From Acanthaster planci (lineage: Eukaryota): DNA of 49,507 nt. This document shows, in pieces, positions 1 through 11,875 of this stretch. Positions within the stretch are counted from its first letter, which is position 1, and the number at the start of each line of letters is the position of its first letter. The notes beneath the pieces were generated by a model, which had not been told where the DNA came from, did not search any database, and worked only from the letters and a program-made list of their open reading frames with translations. The translations under genes were made by a program, and so were the position numbers. Location: assembly GCF_001949145.1 (NCBI RefSeq), contig NW_019091357.1:1244671-1294177 (forward strand), given 5' to 3'.

Positions 1-626
1 GAATTGGGGAACATACTCCGATCCCCACTTGCCCTATCCCCAGAAGTGGGGTCCGACGTCCACCCCGCAGGGCGGATGTTGGACCTCACAGTTCTGGGGG
101 GTACACTTGCCCCACGTCCCTTATTTTGCCACTTACTGTAAAAACCAATTCAGACTTGACGATGGGAGGCAAAATATAATTAATACAGTCACAGACGTTT
201 CAGGCCTAGGCCCCTATGTTTGGATAAAAAGTACATGGTCACAAGATCTAGGCCCTATCAACATGATCATGCTATCTGGCTGAAGCCTAATTTGTAGGCT
301 AAAACCAGTATTTAAAGTGACAAAACAATGTGTGATTTAAAACTGCTCTAGCTTTCCTGTCATGCTTGTCTCGTCCTTCAAGCGTCATGCAGGAACAGTA
401 GCACTAGCAATAGTAGGCCTAGCATTTTTATCATGAAAGCAATCATGACAATTACCACGGAGGTAGCACACAATAACAATAACGTTAATCATGGAGAAAT
501 AAGAACACGACATATCATGAGCGAGCATTTGCAGGATGAGTAACAAATGTCCGGAAACTGGGCGGATATTTGTTGTAAATATTCAATGATTTCGTGCAAT
601 TGCAAGAGATCAACGTACTTGGTTAC

Positions 627-725
627 CTGACAAAAGAAAACGTTGCTGAATATTCTCGCCTGAATTCCGACTCCTCAGCTCGATCCAATTCACGACATGT
701 AGGCCCCTATGACTGAGACGGAAGT
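627..725 (-). promoter_or_regulatory. Putative promoter and non-coding first exon of an unknown minus-strand gene running off the left edge
   Basis: ETS-like CGGAAGT at 719-725, Inr-like TCAGTC on minus at 716-711, a minimal ATG-TCG-TGA uORF at 698-690 and a donor CAG|GTAACC at 627/626. No coding homology is visible. Confidence 0.35.
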
Positions 726-3444
726 TCACACCAGACCTCCATGCTCTATCGCAACATATGTCGTGCACGTACAATGTATATGACGAATTTTTCGGATCGT
801 GTTACTTTGCTTAACAACATGAATTTTGCACGAGTATGGATGCTACGGTTGGAAGATCCGATATTTGTCATTCAAACACGTATGAACACGATGCGCTAGC
901 AGCGCTGGGGTTGCACTCACAGTAATTTGCACTACACCAAATACGCGCCCATAGAAAACAGTGCAAAATCAGACCGAAAGAGCGCCGCCTGTCGACTCTC
1001 GAGAAGAGGGTGGCCTCTGTTTTTTCATTGGAAATTCAAGATCATGGCCAGAAGATCACTTTTCGTTTCAGTTTTTTTAGGGGTTAGCTACGAATTTTTT
1101 TTTATTTGCCTTTCCCCGGAGACACCCCGAAAATAGTTGTAAAACTATGCGCTCAGCTCTGAATGTAACCGCCCGCCTCCGTCCAAAATAGGCCCACTTT
1201 TGGGGGGCTTTTTGTGAAAGAAATACCCCGAACTAGAAACTATCAGTCCCAAATTCGGGATTCATAGAAATATTTCTATGATCCCTCCTGATTATGGCAT
1301 GTTTTATTGTAAAAACCCCGTAGGATAACCAAATAATGAGCTAGCGCGTAGAAATCCAACGACACGGTGCGACGTTGGCGTGTCTGGCCCGCCGCACAGA
1401 AGCGAGGGCGCCATCAATAAGGCCTTTTGCTTGTCGTAAATAAACCGTGCCGGATACGTAGCTCCTTTGTTAGATATGATGCTAGTGTTTTAGACGCTTT
1501 TTAACATGGACAATAAAGGCTCTTGCACGAGGCTCATATTTGAATAAATTCTGATAAACTGTTGTAAAACAACCGTATTTTGGACTAAATGGACGCACAA
1601 AACCATAGTTATGAATCCTCTTGTGACTGAATTTACCCCCAATATGATTTTCAACCAAAAACAGGGGGGCGATTGCCCAACGATAAAGATTGCTGAAAAC
1701 AGCTGAAAAAGGCATAAAGAAGCTGAACTGTGAAAATCAAAACTTTTGTACACAGCCAGTGAGGGGAAAAGCTGAAATCCAAAACAAAAAAAGCTGAAAA
1801 CAGCCCAAAAGCTGAAAAATCTCACCTCCGCAAAAGGAAAAAAAATTCATTTGTGGGACATGTACAGAATTGTTTAACATGATTAACTAAAGATACGCCT
1901 GTCCACTCAGCATAAAAAGAATGTCCTTGACAACACCGTTTTACCTCTAAGAAAATTATCACTCGGCTAACAGATCTGGAATCATCCAAACCTTCATACA
2001 GGAAATTAAGTCAGGATTTAATTAATTCACTCAACTTTAAGACGGCATACAAAACATACTAAATGCCAACAAAACATACGACTTGGTTAATATGACATCA
2101 AAAATTAATGAAAAGAATAAACTTGCCAGAAATAAACTGATGTGTTCTTAGTGTTTATCTACAAAATGGTACACAGAATCTGAGATGACATGGTCAAAGA
2201 ATCCTTGGGGCAGAAACATGGCCACCCAAAATTTTCCTAGTTTCGTCAACTTTTACTACACCACGACACCACTGATAAAATCTCCAAGTAAGTGCTGCCA
2301 ATTTAACTTGAAATGATTACCAACATTTCTCGGTTGCTAAAAATTGTCTGTCGCCCAGCAATTTAGAATGAATCTGTCTACGGCTCTGCATTTCAAAAAG
2401 TAACGCCTCCAACATTCACATCCATGATCAAATATCGGTAAAACAACATGTAACATCTACTTTGTCCACATAAGTCAAATTTTAAGCGTATCAGCTGGTC
2501 TCTACACCCCTCCGAGGGAAGATTCCCGATTAAAAAAAATCGCAAATCAAACTAAAAGGTTACCATTTTGAGTATGTACAAGTATAAAAGATAGTGATCA
2601 TTTAAATCTAAAAAACAATTCCTTGGGTGACTAACTATTTCAGGCATCAATCATCGTGCAATGTTGTTTGAACGTCGAGGAACACATTACAATGCCAACA
2701 ACATGACGAGGGAAAAAGGGATGGGAATCCAGAGATGAATATTCACAGGAATATCCAATGCAGTCGGGTAGGAAGGGGAAATAAAATCCGCAGGTCGGCC
2801 CAGGTAAGACACCAACCTGGGCTGCAGGGACGAAAGGCGATGAATTTAAAAAACACTCATTACAGCAAATTGGACACTGGGGGAAAAGAGTCAATCAGAT
2901 ACAAACAGGTGAAATTCTGAACGGCCAATAAAAATGTGAGGCTTTGCCTTTTTGAAGTGATGTTATGTACACGATTACTGTCTGTAAACGAAGCCACAAA
3001 TTATAGAGCCAAGGTAAACCTCAGGAAGATATAGACCACTTTGCGTTTACACATCAGGACACGAATCACTGTGATGACGGAAAGGTCAGGAGAAATTAAT
3101 ATTCGACAAAATGCCAGGATTGCCAGAGGTGAAACTTTGCAGATCATGCTCTGTCATAACAGTAGCAAACTGGAAAAGAATTGTGGGCAAATCATTTAGC
3201 CCTTCGTCAAATTTAATTGTGGAAGTACTGTCTTGAAGCGAGGACTTCTGTCAAGCACCCGACTGGCCAAAATGTTATTCCTGAATCCATCACTGATATA
3301 CTTGTAATTCATATTGTCTTTTTGTTCCCATCAAGTTTTTAATCAACAAGTTGAGTTTGGAGAAGCCGAATCTGTCCTCCCAGCCAGATTGGCTGAAATG
3401 AACACAGTGTCACGTCATCAGTGGCCAAGCTGCAAAATATCCTA

Positions 3445-6400
3445 TCATGAAATTATCTGGTGAAAAAAAAGGAAAGAAAAATGTGGATTACCAAAAGGAT
3501 ATTAATTAAACAAAATTTTGAAAAGTACAACTATTTGGCATATTTCTGGAAATCTGATGGAAAATTACAGAGGGCTTTATTGATGGACTGCAGTTTTTAT
3601 TTTTTTTTTGGGGGGGGAGTGGATTTTGGGGTTGAGTTATTGGGTTAGGGGCTGGAGTTTTGGTTCCAGTTACGCTAGAAGGGAGAGGGTTGCGGAGATG
3701 GAATTGGGTCACTCTGTAGCGCTCTGTCATGTCACCGCAACTCACCGATCTGACTGTCGCCTTGATGAAGTCCTTCTTGTGCGCCAAGTTGAAGTCTGGG
3801 TAGGTCTCGTACACCTTCTTGCAAACCATCTTCATGGTAACCAACTCCAGGTTGGCCTTGTCCAAAAACGCCCTGACAGTCTGCTCAATCTGAGCCTCCT
3901 GAAGGGAAGATGAAATTTGACAACCAATGACATGAACTCCATCTGTTGACATGCAATGCAAGCGCAGGGCCCTGTGCAACCTGTTGGCACGTCACTGCAT
4001 TGTATAACATTGTACATATTCCCCTAGGAACCTAATGATAGAGTGCTGGGTGGTTTTGGGGTGGTGTAGGTGGTAACAGGTGTGGTGTGACTCACCGACG
4101 GCTCTGCTTTTCTGATCAGTGGTTCGTCATCAGAACTATCATCTGAGTCTTCTATCGCTGAAATGCAAGAAAAAGGAAATCTTACCAGTTCTACAAATAT
4201 AACACACTACACGCTAACAAAACATTTTATGAGCACCTGGAACATTCTAATCAACAAAAGAGAATTTCTTCAATCAGAGTCAAAAGATAATTGCTGGAGA
4301 TCATATCTCCCAAGTCAATCACAAGGGGCCCTTGGTTATCACTTGGCACAGTAACAATTTGCATCAAATATGGGGCAGAAGAGATGAGTTGGTGGAGCAT
4401 TCTTTGTATTTTCTAGAAGCTGCAGGTGCAAACTTGAATCCATTGTCTTTTGCTGGAACCTCCCTCAAAAGACTAATCACATGATTAACATCATTTCAGA
4501 GAGAGCAGTGAAAGAATTTCGATTGGTGTAGACTGTATACAACTTGGCAGAAAATCTGTAAAGAGTTTTTAGTTTTCACAGGATGATTTGAAATTCTCTT
4601 CAGTCAGGTAAACTTACTCATCTTCTTTGCTTTACTCTTGGGCGTGGACTTGGGCGCGGACTTTGGCGTAGACTTGGGCGCGGACTTGGGCGTGGACTTG
4701 GGCGTGGATTTGGAGGTGGACTTGGGCTTGGACTTCGGCGTGATCTGTATCGACGCCTTCTTTTGGGCCGTGGCTTTCTTGGGAGTGGACTTCTTGACGG
4801 GCGATTTCTTTGATGGAGTCTTCTTGGGCGATTTGGAAGCGTCCTTTTTCTTTTCTGGTTTCTTCTTTTCCACTTTCTTCTGAGGTGATGGTTGGTCCAA
4901 TTTGGCCTTCTTCTTTTTAGGTTCCTGGACAACGATAAAATTCAGAAACTACTAAAAGAAACTTCAAAAATCTAAGAGAAATAAAATGGGTAGGGTGTTG
5001 CTTTAAAGAAGCAATCCTTCAAAGAACTTTTAGTTTTACAAGGGAAAGCACAAACTGAGCCACAACTCCTCCNNNNNNNNNNNNNNNNNNNNNNNNNNNN
5101 NNNNNNNNNNNNNNNNNNNNNNNNNNNNNNNNNNNNNNNNNNNNNNNNNNNNNNNNNNNNNNNNNNNNNNNNNNNNNNNNNNNNNNNNNNNNNNNNNNNN
5201 NNNNNNNNNNNNNNNNNNNNNNNNNNNNNNNNNNNNNNNNNNNNNNNNNNNNNNNNNNNNNNNNNNNNNNNNNNNNNNNNNNNNNNNNNNNNNNNNNNNN
5301 NNNNNNNNNNNNNNNNNNNNNNNNNNNNNNNNNNNNNNNNNNNNNNNNNNNNNNNNNNNNNNNNNNNNNNNNNNNNNNNNNNNNNNNNNNNNNNNNNNNN
5401 NNNNNNNNNNNNNNNNNNNNNNNNNNNNNNNNNNNNNNNNNNNNNNNNNNNNNNNNNNNNNNNNNNNNNNNNNNNNNNNNNNNNNNNNNNNNNNNNNNNN
5501 NNNNNNNNNNNNNNNNNNNNNNNNNNNNNNNNNNNNNNNNNCCAGGCCTGCTCTTTTTACAAGGCAGCAGGCCTGGCTGAAATACTCAGCATCAACAGAT
5601 TGTGTCTGCCAGGCCACAGTGGCCACCAGACAGTAATTCATGTGGGTGTAAACGTCCATTAACTGAAACGATGAATTTCTGAAGATTTTGGAAAACCGAA
5701 AATCTTGAAATTCGCCCGTACGTGTTTACTGCATATTTCAAACCACCCGGCAGCATGTGGTTAACACACGGAAACTGGATCAGAAATGAATCCTAGAAAC
5801 CTGGACAACCCACCTCCATCTCCTCTTCCTCGTCATCTTCCAGCTCTCCTGCCTCTTCCTCTTCCATGTCTCCATCCTCTTCGTCTTGGTCCTCCTCTTC
5901 AACATCCTGTGGTGATGTCTTTGCTTTCTTGGTCTTGGTTGTTTTCTTGGCGTCGCCGCCGCCGCTCGCCTCGCGTTTCCTCTTCTTGGCTTTCTTCTTC
6001 ACAACGTTTGACCTCTTCTCTGCGGGAAATTTTCCAACCCATCTCAGTTATGTGAAAGGTTCAGGAGTGGCACAGTCTGCTACTGAGAGACAACAAAGCA
6101 TGACTGTCTTTGTGCACAATTACGATAAGCGGCCTGGTGAGTCAAAGTTCAAATCCCATGGAGAGCAAAGTCCTTTTGCTTTTGAGATACTTTTGCTACT
6201 CCTCATCCATTTATTTACCAGAATCTGGTCATGAAATTATTCACGGTTAATGCGTGGTTGTCGGTGTTCAGTGTTCCTCAGGACGTAGCTTTACATGGAT
6301 CCACGACATCTATGGCCAGGCTCAAGATGAAGATCATCGATGCCCAGTTGTGGGCGTGACTTACTTTTCTGAGGATGTGGCCTTCCCGAGGGTTCTGGCT

Positions 6401-9400
6401 TCAAACAGAAGGCGAGTATTCTCTCAAGAATCTTCTCTTTATTTCCCGACTTGTCAAGGTCCAACCACATGCAGATTTCCCTCAGTCCTTCCATTGTGTA
6501 TCTATCACCAGCAAATTGAATAGGAACAAGACATGCTAGGATTTGAATTGGAGAACAAGGCACAAGTCTATGAAGCTAGAAAGTGATTACATCAGAGACA
6601 TGGCAATCAACGTCTCCGTCTCATTGGATAACATCCTAAACCTCAGCCAATGCTTAAAATAGATCTTTTCCAGTATTAGTTCCCGTCAGACTTTTCACTT
6701 TCATTGACTTGTACGCAAAATGGTTTCAGCAATGTTTCCACTTCAGATTACCTCAGTGAAGCTTGAAGCTTTACGATTTACATTTGAAGTAGAAATGCCT
6801 TTGAAAGTTACCTGACTAAAGTGGATTCCTTCTTGGTAAACTCCGGCGACTCTTTCTCAAAGTTGAATCCTGAGAATTTGCGGATGTTTCTCTTGATTTC
6901 GTGCGCCTGCGACAAAGAAGAGAGAAATGTGGGATCGGTGGGGAAATCGTTGGGGGAGAAAAATTGAAAGCCCACTGATTGGACGATCTTAACTTGGTAA
7001 GATTCTCATCCTTACTCACCTTGCCTGGTCTGCCGAACAAGAACCTGTAGAAAGCCCGGAAGTTTTCAGAGTTGGTCCTGGATATGTAGAACTCAACTGT
7101 AGACCAATAAAAATGAGATGACAGTTCATCCAAAGAGATAAGGGTCAGTCGCATGGATTTGCTCTTTCCCTCACGCAACATCTCAAAGGATGTAAAGACT
7201 CACTCTCACAAACAGAGGTCAACTGATACTGCAGTCTCCATGTTTCCATAGGAGAAAATGTGGAGGAAGGCACACATGGTTAATGATATACCAAGCTCTT
7301 GACTCAAAACCAAGATGCAGCTGTAGTCTTGAATATGAATCCTAATTATCACTGAGACTTCAAAATCTAGGAGGTAGGTTTTTAATTTTGAAGAGCTTCT
7401 CAAAATTGATGACACTGAAGTAACCACTACTGCATTGGTTTGAGCCAGTCACCCAATCCTGGCAAACTTGGTGGTTGAATGGTTACGTTTGCACCAGTAA
7501 GCAGGAAGTCATGGGTTCGAATTCCACTATGCATCTACTGTCCACTCTTCATCCTTCATTTAGTAGGGCTGTGCTGAATATTCAATCAATTATAGAATAC
7601 TCAAATATTATTTTCCATATTTGAATATTCAACTGCAAAATTCATGAAAAGGAAGGGAGAATTTTCTCCCTTTAAATGAGAAAAACTGCACCATGGAGTC
7701 TTGTTTCAAGAAGACTCAAATAAAAAGTGACAGAAATCTCACAACGACTCAAAAAGTTCATTATTCATCCCGAACAATCCCAAATCCTCCAATTTTAATA
7801 TGATTTTACAAACACCCTGAGGGATTAGGGTTTAACAATGTAAAAGGAATAGAAATTTTCAACAGGGCAAGAAGCATTCTTCATCTCTTAAATTTGTCTA
7901 TATTGTGGCTGGAGAAACACCTAGACGTGAGAAGCTATTATAGTGATTACAATGTGCAATTGCGTGCATTATTGCAACTGATTTTGTAAATGGTTTGTTC
8001 ATCAACAGTCTTCCAGTCGGTAAGACTGAATATTCCATTATTTGATCAAATTGAAGGTTGAATATTGGAAAAGTGAATTATTCTAATCAATTGACTCAGC
8101 GCCATCATTTCGACCATAAAGCGCCTTGATACAGAAGTGGCGAATCCTTGCAACTCACTGTTTGGAATTTCGCCCAGCCTCGTCCCCTGTCCGTCTTCCA
8201 CTTCAAACTTGATCTCAGCGGCCTCCTTCTTAGTGTCAAAGGTCAGCCTCTGTGTCTTCTTCCTCTCCCTCTTTCCAGTCATCAGTTTTACGGGGCCGTC
8301 CAACAAACCCACTAAACAGAGAGACAAGATTTTTCTTTCACATTTTGCATTCGGTCTCATCACCAAAAATGCAAGGACTTGCACATGAACCAACTTCAGA
8401 ACAATTTTGTTCCATGTGCCCAAAAATGCAATATGTGACTACGTATTTATGTGAGTTGAAGCACAATTGGAGAGACTTACGTTAGTTGTAAAACAAAAGG
8501 CATATGTGACTTTCTGTCAACAAATTTGATTTTCCAGTATCTTCACTTCAATATTCATCATACAAATAGACTGAGAATGACCAGTTGTTCTTGTTTATTT
8601 CTTGTTGGACACATGAAAGAAGCTAACCTTACAATATTACACCAATTTAACTTTAGAGCTCTAACATTGATCATGAAGATTTTGAGCCAGTTCAGGTCCT
8701 GACATTATCACAACAGGAATTACAGAAGAATCCTGTATGCTGATCATCGGGTACAATTTGTCTGATTTAATTTGGCCCCAGTTGTAACTAACACAACTCC
8801 ACTAGACCTACCCAGCTCTTCGTCACTGGATTCCTCATCGTCATCATCCTCATCTTTCGTTTCCTCCTCCTTGCCGTTCTGATCTGTTCTCCTCTTCTGT
8901 GGCGTCTTCTTGGGACTGCCGCTCCTGCCCGGGGATTTTGTCGGCGAATCTACCGAGGAGCCTGTCGACTCCATTGACTGGTCAGCATCCACCTGGTCTT
9001 CTGGCTTACTTTCCTCAGCTGACTCGCCCCTTGCCATCTCCTTAATTTGGACAGTAATTGTCAACTGACATAATATTCAAACCTACATTGCAAGCTACCC
9101 CTAGAACTACTGAGCTCCTTGTTCCACCTGTCTGAGCCCACAGTAAGCAGACGCCAAACGAAGAAAAGTAGTTTTAGGGCTACAATGCAAACATGGAACT
9201 TGGAAGTTGGGGAAATAAACAAGGAACTTCAAAGCTGCAAAAGATACTGTGGACATTCATTTAACATCTGGACATGACTTGGGTGATTATGTCCAAATGT
9301 TGATTTAAAAAAAGGTGAAATTTGTTGAGTCCCTTACGCAGAGCTGTGTAAAAATCATGCTACGCATGTTCATACTCTCGGCATGACGCCACACAGCCTG

Positions 9401-10625
9401 GCCTGTTTCTTTGTGCTGTGTACCCCTAAACTATGGGGTTTGTTGTCCGTTTCAATTCACTAGAATTTTGCTAACTTGTGAACCTGTGGGGTTCAATGCT
9501 TGCTTTGCTGCTAAAGAAGCTTACAAACCCCTTAGCTTTAGGGCTATGCCCTGCACTGTTGCATACTATGCCATGCAGAACATGTACAGAAGTTCCCCTA
9601 TGTCTGACGGAAAGAGTCCCATATGCGGGCGCCACTTGACACCCTGTAGACAATCCCTGTGAGACTGGTCTGAAAAATTCTAAGTGTTTTCTAAGTAAAC
9701 GACTTGGATTTTTCCCTCCTAAATTGAACTTTTCTTGACATGTTTTTGCTTTCAGACGGGTAATACCATTACTGGCATCCATACATGGAACCCTTCCCCG
9801 TCTAACCACAAGCATGGAATAATTTCATTTATAGGCCCTATGTAGGCTATGATCGATAATCTTCATGTATAAAACAAGTGCAACCAACCCCCCCCCCAAC
9901 TGTGGGAGTAGGCCTAGGCCTAACTAGTGTAGGCTCAAAATTGAAAAAAATTATTTCATTTAATTTACAAAATGTTTCCTCATGTCCATGGCATAGGCCT
10001 GACATGCGCATGCGTGAGCATGCTGAGTCTTGGTTTCATCATGTTTATCAAGACAAATGGAACGTTCCATCTGTAACCTCATGAAATTAGTTTTCACAGA
10101 GCAGGTGGTCGTAGGGACAGAAGGCCGGAAAAATGTTGCATCCTGACTCCCCTTCAGCAGTTGTGTACAAAGTCTGTCGTATTTCCCAAGTAAGTATATT
10201 TCCCAACAACATCAGTAAATCAGTCCAGAATTCATGAATGAATGTCATGCATTTCTGTAATGACTGACTTTTATTGAGATGATATGATGAGAAAAGTGGA
10301 GTCAGAATGCAACATTTTTTCCCAGAAGGCCTAACGTTACTACAACTAGCAGAACTACAAGTAAGCCTAGGCCTTCAAAAGCGAGAGAAATTGGGGCGAC
10401 TTCAACACTATTAATAACGGGGCGAGTTGGATTGTTCAATTGACCGTCGCTGGCCAAAACCGAAAACATGTAGGCCTACCAAGATTCCGTTAAGCACGGT
10501 TTCAAATTCAATCAAAGAAACGTGCCATACAACAAAAATGTTATCAAATTTGATCTTTCGTTTCAAATGTTACGCAAAAATACCCCAACGTCCTGATCTA
10601 CAACGTCGTTTTCAGCGTCCGACAT
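3445..10625 (-). CDS. DEK: DEK chromatin protein (SAP domain + DEK-C domain), ~490 aa, 11 coding exons
   Basis: Phase-consistent GT-AG exons: 10625-10584, 9040-8812, 8311-8159, 7096-7020, 6906-6812, 6501-6365, 6019-5814, 4924-4618, 4157-4096, 3898-3746, 3456-3445. DEK hallmarks: GKRERKKTQRL, GQGTRLGEIP, LFGRPGK, IKRNIRKFSGF, SAP-like LREICMWLDLDKSGNKEKILERILAF, DSSDDEPLI, DEK-C ANLELVTMKMVCKKVYETYPDFNLAHKKDFIKATVRS, C-terminus IIS*. The first exon (MSDAENDVVDQDVG) is the least certain, and an extra exon could be hidden in the N gap. Confidence 0.93.
4638..4740 (-). repeat. Coding 12-bp tandem repeat encoding KSTP/KSAP units in DEK
   Basis: The plus strand reads repeated GGGCGTGGACTT/GGGCGCGGACTT; the translation is PKSKPKSTSKSTPKSTPKSAPKSTPKSAPKSTPKS. 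Confidence 0.9.
5073..5541. other. Assembly gap (469 N) in a DEK intron
   Basis: Run of N, abutting a repeat copy at 5542-5764. Confidence 1.
5542..5764 (-). mobile_element. piggyBac-like (TTAA) non-autonomous element, copy 1, truncated by the gap
   Basis: Its reverse complement matches ~36565-36785. It ends in CCCGGCAGCATGTGG-TTAA (TTAA at 5761-5764). Confidence 0.7.
7470..7530 (+). mobile_element. tRNA-derived SINE head or degenerate tRNA-like Pol III promoter in a DEK intron
   Basis: A-box-like TGGTTGAATGG (7472-7482) and B-box GGTTCGAATTCC (7514-7525) at tRNA-like spacing. No convincing cloverleaf. Confidence 0.5.
7775..7832 (+). repeat. Short dispersed repeat (other copies at ~16806-16843 and ~24478-24538)
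   Basis: Shared core AACA(A/G)TCCCAAATC(C/T)TCC(A/G)ATTT...ATGATTTTACA; two of the copies continue ACCCT...GGGnTTAGGG. Confidence 0.65.
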
Positions 10626-10654
10626 CTTCCATACGCGATCCACGTTGTGTTTTT

Positions 10655-10753
10655 CCAAAATGGCGGTACATACGGCGCGAGATTTCAAACCAATCAGAGA
10701 AAGGGTTAAATCGCGACTTGGTATGATCTTAATGAACCTTTTCTCCTGATTGG
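10655..10753 (-). promoter_or_regulatory. DEK promoter: YY1-like motif and CCAAT boxes
   Basis: AAAATGGCGG at 10657-10666 (CCGCCATTTT on the DEK sense strand) just upstream of the ATG, CCAATCAG at 10690 and GATTGG at ~10748, in a CpG-rich, TATA-less context. Confidence 0.55.
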
Positions 10754-10990
10754 ATATTGGTCATAATGCTACTTTAAAAAGTAGAGACAAAAGTAAAATT
10801 TCAGCCTGATGAGCAATCTTTTTTTCTCTCTCTGTAAGCTAACTTCTTTTATTCGGGGGAGAAGTTGACGGACGGATGAGGGTCAGACCTTAGTCTCGTC
10901 GCAATAACATAATTTAACCTCATTGTAAAGCTTTTATTTTTAAACAAAAGCACACAGCTAAGCGTCACCCATCCTAAGGAAACTTACATC

Positions 10991-11151
10991 AATACGGGCG
11001 ATTCACAAGAGTTTCTAACGCGTTGGCCTATCACAACGCGCGAAATTTGTCGACCTTTCCAAACACGCATTGGGCCGACAAATTTCGCGCATTGTGATTG
11101 GCCAACGCGTTCCAAACTCTTGGAGGCGCACTACTGTGAAACTCCCGTATT
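10991..11151. mobile_element. Palindromic MITE (~160 bp) upstream of DEK
   Basis: Terminal IRs AATACGGGCGATTCAC / GTGAAACTCCCGTATT, plus ~45-bp inner inverted arms (AAGAGTTT..AACGCGTTGGCC.ATCACAA.GCGCGAAATTTGTCG / CGACAAATTTCGCGC.TTGTGAT.GGCCAACGCGTT..AAACTCTT). Confidence 0.75.
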
Positions 11152-11477
11152 CAAGTTACGGGGTTGTTTTCTCCTGCTTCATCCCTTACCTACGCTAGGC
11201 CCTACGCTTTTATGGTATAGTCGCAATAGTGAAGTATTTGCCCTTCAAAATTATTTGCGCGAGCGCTGAAAAAAGTGAAATTCACCGCACATGCGCGGTA
11301 TACTTGAATTAATTCCGCTTTGGCATTCCATAGTATACACGCACATATACAACACTTATGAAAAGGTCAAGATAGCACAGGTACAGCTACAGCACTTTGG
11401 GAGAGAGCCTAGGATTTGGAGCCTAAACCTCGGCGGAGAAAGCTGCACCTTTGAGGAAATTGACCCAAGTTGCTGAC

Positions 11478-11875
11478 GCGGACTTGAGTCGAACGTTTTG
11501 AATTCAGACTTGACAAAAATTACTAGGGAGTGGGACTTGACTTGGAAGAACACGACGCGTGACGCAACTTGACTAAATTTGACTTAGCGACAAACGTTTC
11601 TGGAAAATAATGAACACAGACTTTTGGATGTTCGCAAATACTCAGCTGAAAAGAACGCATGTTCAACCAACGCAAAACCCTTCAGCTTACAACCACGAGA
11701 GCAAGCTGCCTGGTTATTCATGCGTTCCGGAGCCGCCCACCTAGGTAGGCTGCACAAAGTATCTCCAGGCGTGTATATCCTTCGTTTATACTTTATACAA
11801 GTACTTCAATTTGACTTGACCTGGGAAATTTAACTCGAGACTTGACTTTGGAAAAATGACTTCGTCTCAACACTG
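11478..11875. mobile_element. Degenerate hAT-like non-autonomous element with GACTTGAC subrepeats
   Basis: Repeated GACTTGA(C/G)T units, ending in CAACACTG (11868-11875). The same terminus occurs at 37592-37599 and 48692-48699. Confidence 0.45.

Noticed and set aside
4638..4883. Plus-strand ORF with GVDL/GADL repeats
   Set aside because: It is the antisense shadow of the DEK KSTP-repeat exon. Most other short ORF-track entries are likewise antisense, intronic or UTR noise.
7470..7530. Functional tRNA gene
   Set aside because: A and B boxes are present, but no acceptor or anticodon stems could be formed; treated as a SINE remnant.
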